Source: the human T2T-CHM13v2.0 reference genome, Homo sapiens. From it: DNA of 64,000 nucleotides. Location of the stretch: assembly GCF_009914755.1 (NCBI RefSeq), contig NC_060926.1. The stretch is one strand, 5' to 3'. Positions 24,821 to 38,219 of the stretch are shown piece by piece. A program made the position numbers and the translations under genes. The stretch's first letter is position 1. Each line of letters opens with the position of its first letter. The notes below the pieces were generated by a model. The model saw nothing but the letters and a program-made list of their open reading frames with translations, searched no databases and was not told the origin of the DNA.

Positions 24821-26010
24821 GCACACTTGGATAGCATCCCCAAATAGGAATAGTCCAAGTGGTGGCAGGGGTGGGGTGGCTTGGTGTATTTCGTTCGATT
24901 TGCAAAATGAGCTCCAAGGATTCTGCCAGTTTTATATGATATAATCTTCTGAATTTTTAAGTATCTTAATGCTTTGCATATTGCTTTAGAAACTGGTTCT
25001 TAACAGAGAACCAGTGCTGGTGCCCCTTAAGACAGAGCATGTTGGTCACAGTGTATACAGTTTATGGCAGAAAACACTGGCAGCAGTCTCAGCAACAGGT
25101 TCTTAAATTAGTATAAGTAGTTAGAGTTGAAACTGGTTTTCCTCCCTCGGATCATCTTAGCCTGTTCCTGAATCATAAGTAAAGTCAGTGGTGTAAATTA
25201 ATAGGGATTATGTAGATTAGATACATTTCACAACAATTTAATTTCTTATGTAACTTCATTTAGTCCACAAGTATTTATTGACCACTTACTGTGGCCACCC
25301 ACTGCCCTGGCCCTGGGAGTGGAGCAGGAATCCAAACGGAGTTCCCAGGTCTCTCTAGGTACAAAAGAAGAATCGACGGATAATCACTAAGGAAACAAAT
25401 TGAAATGTGCTTTGTCAGGTGGTGAAAAGTAAAATGAGGGTGAGCAGGTGCAAGGCATACGTTCGCATTCTGAAGTCAAGTCGTGCATGCATGAGTGTGC
25501 GAATTCCTAAGCATGTTTTCAACTGAGACCATCACAGCAATGTATCTGTTCATCATTCATTCCATTCACTTGACAAATATATAACTAGCGCTTTATCGTA
25601 TGCAGTGGTGTCCCAGGGTACATTGGGAAGTGACCCCAGAGAAGATGGACACATCAGTTGATCCAATCCAATCAAATGCTGCCAAGAACTCAGTAGGCTA
25701 AAGGGAGTGTGGGATCCATGCGAAGGGAAGGGTGTGTGCGGCTATGGAGCTTTGTTGTTGGGGGGGTAAGAAGGGCGGACACTGAAGGCGAAGCACAGAG
25801 GAAGGAAGGAGCGTTCCAGCCCGGTATGGAAGAGTGAGGAAAAGCATTCTAAAAAGGTTTGCCCGTGATCCTGAGCCAGCAGAATGCCCTGATGGATGTG
25901 GCCCAGAACTCAGCTCTCTCCCATCCTCCCTGCACTCCTCTTGAAATAGGCCTGAGCATTCCTCTAGACTCAAGATACCCAAGCTCATATCCCCAGCCAT
26001 GACTGCTCTC
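23754..26010 (+). repeat. Spaced direct duplication C (~117 bp: 23754-23870 and 25895-26010)
   Basis: gatgtggcccagaactcagctctctcc..tcctccctgcactcctcttgaaataggcctga.cattcctctagactca..agatacccaa occurs at both sites. Confidence 0.95.
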
Positions 26011-26305
26011 ATCATTTCCTAGGGAAGAGAGGAATGTGATTTGAAAAGATCCCTCTTGAGTCAGCCTGGGTTATCATCTGCTGTGTAGACAGCTCATGCC
26101 AGGCTGCGTTAATCGAGAGCAGAGTGGGCTCACTGCAGACAACCCGCGATTCCCCTGGTTCCAGGAGTCCAGTAGCCACGGGTAGAGCCGTCACTGAAAT
26201 TTGCATCTCGTTCTTTGGTTCCTTTCTCATTTGCTTGGCCCAGTTTTTAATCAGGTCACTTCTCATGGGCCTCAAGGCAACAATGTGTCATTAACTTACA
26301 TTTTA

Positions 26306-26595
26306 GGCTGGGCGTGGTGGCTCACACCTGTAATCCCAGCACTTTGGGAGGCCGAGACGGGCGGATCACCTGAGGTTGGGAGTTTGAGATCAGCCTGACC
26401 AACATGGAGATACCCCGTCTCTGCTAAAAATACAAAAGTAGCCAGGCATGGTGGAACATGCCTGTAATCCCAGCTACTCAGGAGGCTGAGGCAGGAGAAT
26501 CGCTTGAACCCACAGAGGTTGCAGTGAGCCGAGATCATGCCATTGCACTCCAGCCTGGGTAACAAGAGCGAAACTCTGTCTAAAAAAAAAAAAAA
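26306..26595 (+). mobile_element. Alu (AluSp-like) with TSD
   Basis: Diagnostics ctgaccaacatggag and aacaagagcgaaac. TSD ttacatttta at 26296-26305 and 26596-26605. Confidence 0.96.
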
Positions 26596-26791
26596 TTACA
26601 TTTTAAAAATTTCCTAGCATACAGAAGTCTAAAATTTTGTAAAATTATTTAGCATTTTATTAATTTTTTAGTCCCCATGTTTGCAGCTGCAAATTTTCAA
26701 TTTCAGGGGGACTTTTTTAAAGATAGAAAGCATCTTGACTATCCTAGCTTCAAATTAGGAATAGGTAGTACAGTATAAAAAGATTTGTCAA

Positions 26792-26903
26792 TTTGAGACC
26801 AACCTGGGCAACATGGAGAGACCCTATCTCTACTAAAAAAAAAATTCATTTAATTAGCTGGGCCTAGTGGTGTGCGTCTATAGTCCCAGCTACCCAAGAG
26901 GCA
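26792..26903 (+). mobile_element. Partial Alu (AluJ-like) fragment
   Basis: ttgagaccaacctgggcaacatgg...attagctggg...tagtcccagctac. Confidence 0.8.
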
Positions 26904-27272
26904 CATATATTTGAAGATTTGTCAAATATATGTGCTGCTTCTCCAACTGGAAATAAAACTTTGTGATGTTTTGTGTTCTCAACATTAGAACGTCTGATTT
27001 TATAATGTACATTTTGAAGCAATACAGGACTTTTTTTCCACATGACTTTATACAACTCTTGGGACAGGAAAATATTCACTTTGTATTTCTGTGGTTTGCT
27101 CAGTTCCACAACCTAGGAACCCAACAGGTTAAGAACCGTCAATCATACTGCCTCCCTGGTGACTTTGTCAACTGTTAGAATAACATTGGTCAAATCTTTT
27201 TCATTTCCTCCCTCACTTCCTTTTGTAGATTTTATAAACACATGCAAAAAGGCAAAGACCTAAAGGACTTAA

Positions 27273-27559
27273 TTTTTTTTTTTTTTTTTTTGACACAGAG
27301 TTTCACTCGTCACCCAGGCTGGAGTGCAGTGGCACGATCTTGGCTCACTCTGAGGTTCAAGTAATTCTCCTGCCTCAGCCTCCCTAGTAGCTGGGATTAC
27401 AGCCGCATGCCACTATGCCTGGCTAATTTTTGTATTTTTAGTAGAGACGGGGTTTCGCCATGTTGGCCAGGCTGGTCCCGAACTCCTGACCTAAGGTGAT
27501 CCACCTGCCTCGGCCTCCCAAAGTGCTGGGATTACAGGCATGAGTCACCATGCCTGGCC
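27273..27559 (-). mobile_element. Alu (AluSx/Sz-like)
   Basis: Poly-T, both arms, ends tgcctggcc; flanked by acttaa. Confidence 0.95.
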
Positions 27560-29011
27560 ACTTAAAATTTTGGGGGGTATCGAGAAGAAAGAAAGGCATG
27601 GAAGAAATGAGTGTTGGAGAAGAGTGGTGTTTAAAATGAACAAGTTGTTACAAGATGGTTATAACATGGCTAGGTCGAGAGACAGCCAGAGATGGGTGAC
27701 AGAGGGTGGGGTGTGGCTGAGCAAGCCCACTGTCCAGCTTCTCCGTTAGGATTTGTATGTTACTTTGGTTTTGCATTCTTAAACTTCTTTCAATGAATAT
27801 ATCATGTTACATCTTGGCTTTATTATGTGACAGATAAGGTTATTAACAGAAAGTGATATTAATATTAATTATACAATGATACTAAAAATTTTATATCACA
27901 CAGAAGCAGATGGTTATTTTTAATGACTTAAAATTTTACTCTTTTATATGAGAAGAAACATTTTAAACATATTTAGTTATAAATGCTATTTTAATTGCTA
28001 CATTATTTCTGCAGCGGGATTTTTAAAATCTTACTATAGTTGCAGGGAAATATTTCTATGTATATTTCAGATCCTCTTAAATTATATACTTATTTACAGG
28101 AAACAATTATAATTACATTGAGAAAACAGAATGGGGGGCTTCAAATTATCGATAAATACATCACACTATTCTCACACATGATCATTCCATCTGGTCATAG
28201 TTCAAGAATTCAGCTCTAGTAGGAGGCTTACTCTCTGAGCATTCATCAAGTTAACAACCTTACCAGTTATCTTTTTAGGTACTCTATTTTTGTAATGTTT
28301 GTAGATAAATAGTCCTTTGCTGGATTTTTAAATCATAACTGGGTAAGCATACGACTTAAGAATTATTTCCTATGCAAAATAGAATCAGAAAATTCCATCT
28401 ACTTACAAATTCTTTATGTACTTCCACATTTTAAGCTTTCCAAGTTGGGAAACTCAACTTCAAACCAGCTGTTGACCCATCCTTTGTTCTATATCAAGCT
28501 TTGCATTAATGCAGAAACTGAAATAAGTATCTCCACTCCCCAAAGTGATACATCTGAAGTCATCTGGCTGACTGTGTGTCCAGAGGCACCACGTCAGTGT
28601 CTCTTTGCCAGAGCCTTTATGGGGGTGGTACGAGGGGAACTGGAGTCTGGGGGCACGTCAGGCCTTCATCAATCAGAAGGCAGTGGCAGCGACAGCAAGA
28701 CAGGCGGGTCAGGCCCCCAGATGAGATTTGTGAGGCTGCGGCATCGATTCTGACCACACATTCTGGAAAAATTATCATCCTACACCACCTTCTGAAGCAG
28801 TCAAGGTTTGGGTTATTACCTGGACCAGCACCCGGCTTTTACATAGGACCTTCTCCTGGGGGACGGTGGTATCGTTGTAAACCAAAAGGTTATTGATCAA
28901 ATCTTGCTAATCCAAGTTCCTGACAATTAATTTTTTAAAAAAGAAATTATTTGTCCTTTTAAAGAACTTTTCTCTTTTCCTAAAATTATGTGAAGCTTTT
29001 CATTTTTAAAA

Positions 29012-29275
29012 TTCTTTTTTGTTTTTTTGAGACGGAGTCTCGCTCTTTTGCCCAGGCTGGAGTGCAGTGGCGCGATCTCGGCTCAATGCAAGCTCCGTCT
29101 CCCAGGTTCCCGCCATTCTCCTGCCTCAGCCTCCTGAGTATCTGGGGCTACAGGTGCCCGCCACCGCGCCCGGCTAATTTTTTGTATTTTTAGTAGAGTT
29201 GGGGGGGGGTTCACCGTGTTAGCCAGGATGGTCTCGATCTCCTGACCTCGTGATCCACCCACCTTGGCCTCCCAA
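29012..29275 (-). mobile_element. 5'-truncated AluY
   Basis: AluY diagnostics gcaagctccg, cgccattctc, accgtgttagccaggatggtctcgatc. Stops at ctcccaa; flanked by taaaatt. Confidence 0.93.
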
Positions 29276-29482
29276 TAAAATTATTTCATTACAGAAGCAT
29301 GGTTAACGCGTGCGCTAGCAGAAAAGTCCCACCATTAAATGGAGGCCACAGTGCATGGCTGGAGAACAGCAGGATGTTGGTATCTGTTGCACATGTTTCA
29401 GCCTGTTTCTACAAATCTGCCTTTTTCTTCTAACATATGGGTTAACTACCATTTCTCTTTGCTAATTTTACAATAATATCTT

Positions 29483-30121
29483 TGCATTTTCCCCTAATAA
29501 AAAAATTAAATTTTAGAAACATTTAAAATGCAGTTAAGCTTTTTGGTTTCTAAAAAACTCAGTCCTACACAAAGCTCTTAGATTCGGGAGTGGGTACCTG
29601 TATGAATCCGTTCTCACACTGCTATAAATAAACACCTGAGACTGGGTAATTTATAAAGAAAAGAGGTTTTGTTGTCTCACTGTTCCACAAGCTGTACAGG
29701 AAATGTGATGCTGGCGTCTGCTTGGCTTCCGGGGGGGTGCCTCGGGAAACTTACCATCATGGCAGAAGGCAGAGGGGGAGCCGGCACTTCACATGGCTGG
29801 CGGTGGTGGTGGGGGCGATATGGGGGGACTTGCCGCACACTTTTAAGTGACCAGATCTCATGAGACCAACACCAAGAGGGAGCTCTGCCCCCATGATCCA
29901 GTCACCTCCCACCAAGCCCCACCGCCAGCATTGGGGATGACAATTCAACATGAGACCTGGGTGGAGACACAGATCCAGGCGGAGACACAGATCCAAATTA
30001 TGCATTTTTCCCCTAATTAAAAAAAAAAATACATTGTAGAAACATTTAAAATGCAGATAAGCTCTTTGGTTTCTAAAAAACTCAGTCCTACACAAAGCTG
30101 TTAATTTTGGGGGTGTATACC
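29483..30121 (+). repeat. Direct duplication D (~118 bp: 29483-29598 and 30001-30121) bracketing the MST LTR
   Basis: tagaaacatttaaaatgcag.taagct.tttggtttctaaaaaactcagtcctacacaaagct occurs on both sides. Confidence 0.93.
29599..29999 (-). mobile_element. Solo MaLR LTR (MSTA/MSTB-like)
   Basis: tgtat...cacactgctataaa...cctgagactgggtaatttataaagaaaagaggttt...catggcagaagg...cccatgatccagtcacctcccacc...gacacagatccaaa. Confidence 0.9.
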
Positions 30122-30192
30122 CTTCCAGTTTGTGTGTGTGTGGTTATGTGTTTATTCCCCCAAAGTGGATTGGATCATAATAGGCTTTTTTT

Positions 30193-30380
30193 CCTTTTTT
30201 TTTTTTTTTTTTTGAGACAGAGTCTTGTTCTGTCAGCCACGCTGGGGTGCAGTGGTGTGATCTCAGCTCACTGCAGCCTCTTCCTCCCAGGTTCAAGCAA
30301 TACTCCTGACCTCAGGTGATCCACCTGCCTCGGCCTCCCAAAGAGCTGGGGATTCCAGGCTTGAGCCACTGTGCCCGGCC
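30193..30380 (-). mobile_element. Internally deleted Alu
   Basis: Right-arm text jumps at ttcaagcaat|actcctgacctcagg directly into the left arm; the central A-rich linker is absent. Confidence 0.88.
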
Positions 30381-30984
30381 AGGCCTTTTCCACTTAAACA
30401 TGTAATATGTCCACTAAAATTTTCCATGTCTTAGAATATTTTCATGTACTTAACAGCATTTAAAAGAAAATAAGTATAAATAGATAAAATTTCGACACTC
30501 TCAGTGTGGAAACTAGAAACAATCTCAGTTCAGAAACTAGAAACAATCTCTGTGTCCAGAAGTAGGGGACTGGGGGCCCCTCCAAGGAGAGGCTGGGCAG
30601 CCATTCAAGTGCTGCTTTCTATGTAGTAGCTTGGAAAGCTGGCCATTGAAATCGCCAGGCGTCATTGTTCTAAGAACCAGCAGGGAGGCAGCACTGTGTG
30701 GTCCCGCCCCTCTGCCCAGCCAGGCATATCCCTGCCACCCCAGTGCCTTTTCACCTGCTGTGCCTGGGAACCCCTCCCCACCCTTGTGTCCACCAAATAC
30801 CACCTTCACCGTGAGGCCTTTCTGACCCCAGTTTAAACGTGCCCATGTCCTTCTTCCCCACCTTACTTCTGCGTGCCACCAGTCACCTTCTGACAGCCTT
30901 TGTCATCTACTCCTTCCTTTCCTTTTTTAAAAATTATATATAGATATTTTACTTAACTGGTTGAAATGTGATTCCTTTTTTCTG

Positions 30985-31525
30985 GTTTTTATTTTGATTT
31001 CAGTAGTTTTTTGGGGAACAAGTGGTTTTTGGTTACATGGATCAGTTCTTTAGCGCTGATTTCTGAGGTTTTGGTGCACCCATCACCCGAGCAGTGTACA
31101 CTGTACCCAACGTGTAGTCTTTTATCCCTCGCCACCGCCCACCCTTTCACCTGAGTCCCAAAGTCCATTGTATCACTCTTACGCCTTTGCATCCTCATAG
31201 CTTAGCTCCCACTTATGAGTCAGAGCATACCATGTTTGGTTTTCCATTCCTGAGTTACTTCACTTAGAATAATGGTCTCCAAATCTGCCCAGGTTGCTGT
31301 AAATGCCATTATTTTGTTCCTTTTTATGGCTGACTAGTATTCCATAATTATATATACATATATAACATTTTCTTCGTCCACTCGTTGATTGATGGGCATT
31401 TGGGCTGGTTCCGTATTTTTGCAATTGCAAATTATGCTGCTATAAACATGCATGTGCAAGTGTCTTTTTGTATAATGACTTATTTTCCTCTGGGTAGATA
31501 CCCAGTAGTGGGACTGCTGGATCAA
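30985..31525 (-). mobile_element. L1PB-like 3' end (5'-truncated LINE-1)
   Basis: tttggtgcacccatcacccgagcagtgtacactgtaccc...catagcttagctcccacttatgag...gggtagatacccagtagtggga. Confidence 0.9.
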
Positions 31526-31694
31526 TGTTCTGATCTGTCATCTCCCCCCGACCAGAATTTAAGCTTCCTAAAGGGAGGGACTGTCTTGTTTGCCTCTATT
31601 CTCAAAGCCTAGAACAGTGTCTCCATCAGTAGGGGCACAGTCAGCCTCTGTTGAGTGAATTTTCCAGGTATCAGGTGGTAGAATGAGCAGTTGA

Positions 31695-31900
31695 ACGTTA
31701 CTGTTTGCCAGTGTCTAAGCCCTGGATTAAATGCTTTATAGGTACTATTTGTTAAGTCTACGCTGAAGTTCTCTGAGGTGGTACTATTATCCTCATTTTT
31801 AAATGATTAAACTGAGTCCTAAATAATTTGAATAACTTGTGCAAGAGTGTGCAGGTGATGAGGATCCAGCGTGCAATGTACGGATCAAAGCCTGAGCGTT
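31695..31900 (-). mobile_element. MIR relic
   Basis: gtactattatcctcatttttaaatgattaaactgag...aataacttgtgcaag. Confidence 0.6.
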
Positions 31901-32041
31901 GGGCTAGGCCGGCTAGGCCAGGCTCCCTGTGTGCCCACCTGAATGCAGGTGTCCGCATGAAGGCCGTGTGAATGAAGAGGGCAGGGGACTCATGGGAAGG
32001 TTTACCTGTTTTACCTGTTCCATTTCAGCTTTTAGTAATGA

Positions 32042-32396
<355 letters not shown>

Positions 32397-33095
32397 TAAA
32401 AATGTTTTAAATAAAGTTATTTTAAAATACGAATTTCATAACGAGAACACAAATTGAGAGGTGAACATTTGAGAATTTCCATGGCCGCTTTGGCAGTAGG
32501 GATGTTTAGTTTGAAACTTTAATTTAAAAAGTGAGTGCAGTGAGTCTGTCTTTGTAGCGCTAGAGATGGGTCCTCAGCTGGCCATGATAGAGAAGGATGG
32601 GCAGAGGCGGGTGTTTGAGACTTGGAGGGGACAGTGGGGGCACAGCAGCCAGGCAGAGGCATGTGTCAGGGCAGAGTGAGAATGCTAGGATCCTGGCCCC
32701 CATCCTCCCACTTGCCACACAGTCAAGAAAATGACAGGTGTACGGGAAGACCCAATTCAATACAGAGCAGCCAGGTATCAAATCACAGTGCTGCTCTGCA
32801 GAGCCTATCCCGTGTCCAGTAAAGCAGACAGCATTCCAGTGTTATCTGGAATTATTTACAAACGCAGTGTCCACAATACGATGAATCACAACTTACAGTT
32901 TAGTTAGATTAAGCGAATTATAATTTTTAATAGTCAGTGAATATTTTCACCTGCCTAGATGGGGAGCAAGGCTCTGAATCCTCTCTTGCCCCAGCCCCTT
33001 CTCCCTGGGTGAGGCAAGCATGGCATGAGCAGATTGGTTTTTGTAAAGTGCCTGATGTGCAGTCAAATACAGGAAGGCCCCTTCTTTCATACATG

Positions 33096-33233
33096 CACGT
33101 TGAGTTCCCTAAACCCAAAATCCAAAATCCGAAGGGCTCCATTGAGCATTGCCTTTTAGCGTCATGTCGGCACTCAAAAATTTTCAGATTTCAGAACATT
33201 TCGGATTTTTGGATTAGGGATACTCAACCTGTA
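33096..33233. mobile_element. Tigger4a/MER46-like DNA transposon fragment
   Basis: tccaaaatccgaa...gagcatt...tcatgtcggcactcaaaaa...ttggattagggatactcaacctgta (TIR plus TA). Confidence 0.8.
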
Positions 33234-34795
33234 ATTTCCATGATAATTTTTTTTCTGGAAACACCTATGAAGTTGAATTGGTAAGAAGTGCTGCCATACC
33301 ACTTCAAAAGAGGGCGGTGGCCAGGGGGTGCTCTTCCCAAGGAGCTGAAAAATACCATGAAATTCCTGATTATGCCACCTCTCCGCCTGTTCTTCTGCAC
33401 CGTGTCTCCGGATCATCATCTTAGTCTCTTTCTTCACAACTGAACAGATCTGCTTAAATCCCTCGAACACCCAAGGCTGTGTAGATTTGCCGCTTTGGGC
33501 ATGCCTAGCGAATTCCATTTTTGTGCTCTTTTGTGCCTCTTTTGCATAGTAAGCTTATGAGCGCCATGCTCTTTTTGCTAATATCAGTTAAAATCTTTCC
33601 ATTTTCCACTTATCCTCGTAAAACAAAAGCAAAACATGAGTTGGTCCAGCTGCATAAACAGCCTTGGGGCTGAGCTACCCCAGCCACGCCGCACCCCCGA
33701 GCACGTGGACCCTGTGCTCGTCTCTGATCACCACAGTACCAAAGGCCAGAGTCACAGCTCATGCAGAATGGAAAGTTCTGCCAGGAAAAATAGACTCCCT
33801 CGCCTAGGCAAAAGTATCATGGATCTAGAACTAGAAAACTAACTGGAATTTCGTGGAAGAAACTGCACCTGTTTCTTCCTTTTCTGTAGCCAGCGCTGGG
33901 AAGTCTGGGAAGACACCAAAAATAGCAATGAAGCAGCTCCCTGGAGGGTTGCTGGGAGATGCTTGGGCACAGAGAGTGAGGTGTTTGCTGGGAAAAGCCA
34001 TTTGGGATGGGTGAAGGTCCATGCTGGAGTTGGAGAGCGCAGAAAATGGGGTGAGTGTAAAAGTCTAGCCTGGGTTACGGCCCCAGTGATCCTGGACAAA
34101 TTTGGAGTAAGAAACTCCCGCCAGTCTCATGGCCAGAGTGCCCAGGGAAAGTCTTCTCTCCCAGTGGTGACTCCGGGTTTCCCTAGCCCAGCACAAGGAC
34201 TTGGGCTGGTGAGCTACAGAATTGCAAAGAAGAGCAGGAGCCAGCCAGCCAGACCTGGCCATGGCTGTGCCATAGGATATCACAGGGTGTGTGGGCAGGA
34301 GCAAATGCCGGGAGTATATGCAAGAGAAAATTATGGCTGGTGGGAACCTGCAGGAGTTGCAGGAGGAGCAAAGGGATGTACTCCTGAGGTTTGGGGGCTG
34401 GCAGCGCTGGGAAGGGAGGGAGGGACCCTGATTCTGGATGAGAGGTGGGTGGATAGTCACTGACGATTTTAACCTCACCCCAGGGGATGAAGGCTGCTGT
34501 AGGGAAGAATGACCAGAGCTTTCTCTGCTGAATAGCCAGCCAGCCAGGATTCTGCTTCCTGCCGCATCCACCCCTGACCCTTCCAGCAGCCACAGGAGGT
34601 CAGGGTTTTGCTTAAAGAAAGAGAGGAAAATGTCAATTATTACATTTTGGAGCACAATCTTACCTTTCAGTTTATTTTAAAGCAATTTTCCCTAAAGATC
34701 AACCACAGTATGTGACTGAACTGTATTAACGAAATTTTAGCTTGATAAAGGAAATGCTTTAAACTCACAGCAAATGTAACTCGGGATCTCCAAGC

Positions 34796-34797
<2 letters not shown>

Positions 34798-34829
<32 letters not shown>
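34798..34829. repeat. Poly-T homopolymer (~32 nt)
   Basis: Direct observation; no adjacent Alu body. Confidence 0.95.
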
Positions 34830-34830
<1 letters not shown>

Positions 34831-37576
34831 GCTGGACAGCCCAAATTCCAAGACACTAGTAAAAATAATATGATAAAACTTTGGTGGTGCAAACAAAGTC
34901 AGTTCTTTTTTACAAAAAGAATATTCTAATAGTATCTAATAGTAATGGTGAATTACTCATAGTTTTCTGCTGGAAGTAAATTTAATTCTAGTTTTTAAAT
35001 ATCATTAATTCTGGAGGTTGCACTCTGAATGATTTCTTATTTTGTGGAAAATACGAAATAAAGAAGACACATTTGGCCACTGTGATGGAGCTGCTTTGAA
35101 AGGCTGTGCTTTAGAAGACACTTCCGACTTTGATCTGCAGTTGCGGATGAAGATGCTCACGAGTGGAGGTGTTGGTGGAGATAGTTATCCCAAGTAGAAT
35201 ACTCGATCGATGTCCACAGCACATTCAAATTATCTTTCATGTTACAAACTTTTCCAGCAGTTACCAGCCCCAGGTACGATTATGGACAATGCTGTCAGTC
35301 ATCGTGAGACAGAGTAGCATGGAACTGAAAAATGTGTAGCAGGTTTTCAAACCTCTTACTTGCCCAAAGCTTAGTCAAAATTATGAGATTTCCTCTGAAC
35401 TTTGTTCTTCTCGTTATTTTTGGAATGATTGCAGGGTTGGTTTAAGATTGCCATGACCACATATTAATAGTTGCACTGAGAAACAGGCGTAAACAGAGGT
35501 TGTCCCGGGAAAGGCAGAATGAATGTCACCCACCCTGGGGAAGGTGGCTCGTGTCACTACCCTTTGCTACAGCTGTTGTTTCTCACTGATTCATTCTCGG
35601 GAATCGCTTGTTGTCTGTTGGTACAAAATAAACATTTCCTCCTATCCTGGATGACTGGAGCCTTGGGCTGCAGATGAGTTACACCACACCAGTCTCCCAG
35701 TCCCATCACACACAGGCAGTTTTTACACCAGCCAAACTTAGAGCTTCATAAATGCAGGAAACTGTCAGGTTCCTTTCAAGAGGAAGTCTTAGCTACAGAT
35801 TTTTGGTGGAAACAAATGGTCCACCCTGATCTACTCATTTACCATCTGGTTTGGGGAACCTTCTGTCATCCTACCTGCTATGTATTTGTGACCTGATATA
35901 TTATTTTTAAATACAGTTGTTTAATAGTGTAGTCAAAAATGAAAGGTCATAAGCCTCATCTTCTCATTAACACCACACCAGATTGATTCCAGTATTCAGT
36001 GCACAGATAACCTCATGTTTCAGCTTCCTTATTGACGTGAATGTGCTGAGCAGAGCTCACCTGCCTCTTGTCAGAGACATGAATGGGCTGATAATATCTA
36101 GTTTTCAAGCAGAGGAAGTTAGAGGTGAACCGCAGCCTCAGAATCTACATAAAATATGCAGCACAGTCATTAGTCATTTGCAGTGGCCCAGCAAAATCCT
36201 AAAACAGCAGGAGAGAAAAATATTTTCTTTTCAGTGTCTGTCAAAGAAGTTATAACATAGGTTTTAAAAAAAAAAATTTCATCAGCCAAATCCTTAAAAT
36301 TTAAATATGCAGACTTTTTTCCTGTATTTTTATCAAAAATGTTTATACTGTTAAAAGGTTATCCAGGTACCAGATAGGTGCCCCAGGCAGCTCATGATGC
36401 AAATGTAGACAAATATATGTTGAGTGCCCCTGTGTCTGTAAGTCAGTCTGTATCAGTATAGAATTAGGATTGGATTAGTGTGAAGTGTTTGCACTGTAAA
36501 TTTTATCTGTGTTTTTTTTTAAAAAAAACTGGAAATATTCTGTTTTGTTCCACTACTATTTCCCCAGGGCCTTAAACAGTGCCTCCCCCTGAGTGGCCCT
36601 GGGTAGTTGTTGATCATATCTGTAAATATCTGGAGTTTCCGCACACACAGACTTCGAGTGTGCCATCAAGATGGTGTCCCTCGGTGCTGAGCCTCACCAT
36701 CCTGGTGGTCCTGAGCAGTTGCATCCCCTCCTTCAGCTCAGCCCCAGGGCCTTCTGTTCAGGGTCACTGTGGATAAATTACCAGTGGAACCCAAGCCCTC
36801 AAAGCTGCCCTATGGGCTGGGCGGCTCCAAGAGCCAGAGTATTGCTCTGTGACCTCCAGCCGGTTGACTGGGGCAATTGTTAGAGCCAGGTGTGGCGGAA
36901 GGACCCATACAGCCTCTTTCAAGTGGCTGGGCCTTCTGTACGAGGCACCTGACACCACGATGCTATCACCATCCTCGCTGACTGGGACATGCCACCCACC
37001 TCCAATAAAGGCTTGGGAGTCGCAAGGATCCCTTTTCATAATGAAACTTCCTGTCCACAGTTTAGGAGAGAGTCTTGAAATCACCTGGAACAAGAAGTTT
37101 TTCAAATATTTTAGGTGTTTACAAAATATTTCTATGAGGACAGATAAGGGGGAATGAATTTTGCAAATTAGCATTTGATTTAACCCCCAAAAAAGTACCC
37201 CGATGGTTCCCACAGTTGCCTTCTAACATAACAAAAGGTTACATGTGATGGCCAAGGGAAAAGAAAACGTAATTTATCGTTATAAGATGTTAATTTTTTA
37301 TTCTCCAAAATGTTCAGACTGCAAGGATATTTCATACAGATTTGTTAGCTGGTATTTAAATAATATTCAACACTCCTAAGCCTTAAATAGGCAATTAGAA
37401 GTATACTGCATTTTTTTCCCTCCAGCATTTCAAAGACATTACTCAAATTTTGTTTGTTCTTTGTGCTGCAGTGGTCTTACTTGGCAACTCCCTGTCTTGA
37501 CAGACTTGATTACGGAGCACCTATTTTGTGCATGGTGCTTGCTGGCCACTGAGCATCTGTAAAGAAAATTTTTTCC

Positions 37577-37840
37577 ACGCCTGTAATCTCAGTGCTTTGG
37601 GAGGCCAAAGCAGAAGGATCACTCAAGCTAGGAGTTTGAGACCAGCCTGGGAGGTATAGTGAGACCCCATCTCTACAAAGAAATTATCAGGGCATGGTGG
37701 GTCATACCTGTGGTCCACGCTCCTTGGGAGGCTGAGGCAGGAGGATCGCTGGAGCCCCAGGAGTTCAAGGCTGCAGTGAGCTTTGATCATGCCACTGCAC
37801 TCCAGCCTGGTGAGGGTGAGACATTGTCTGAAAAAGAAAA
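37577..37840 (+). mobile_element. AluJ-like element (slightly 5'-truncated)
   Basis: ggaggatcgctggagccccaggagttcaaggctgcagtgagc. Confidence 0.9.
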
Positions 37841-37857
37841 TGTACTTTTAAAAATCA

Positions 37858-38219
<362 letters not shown>

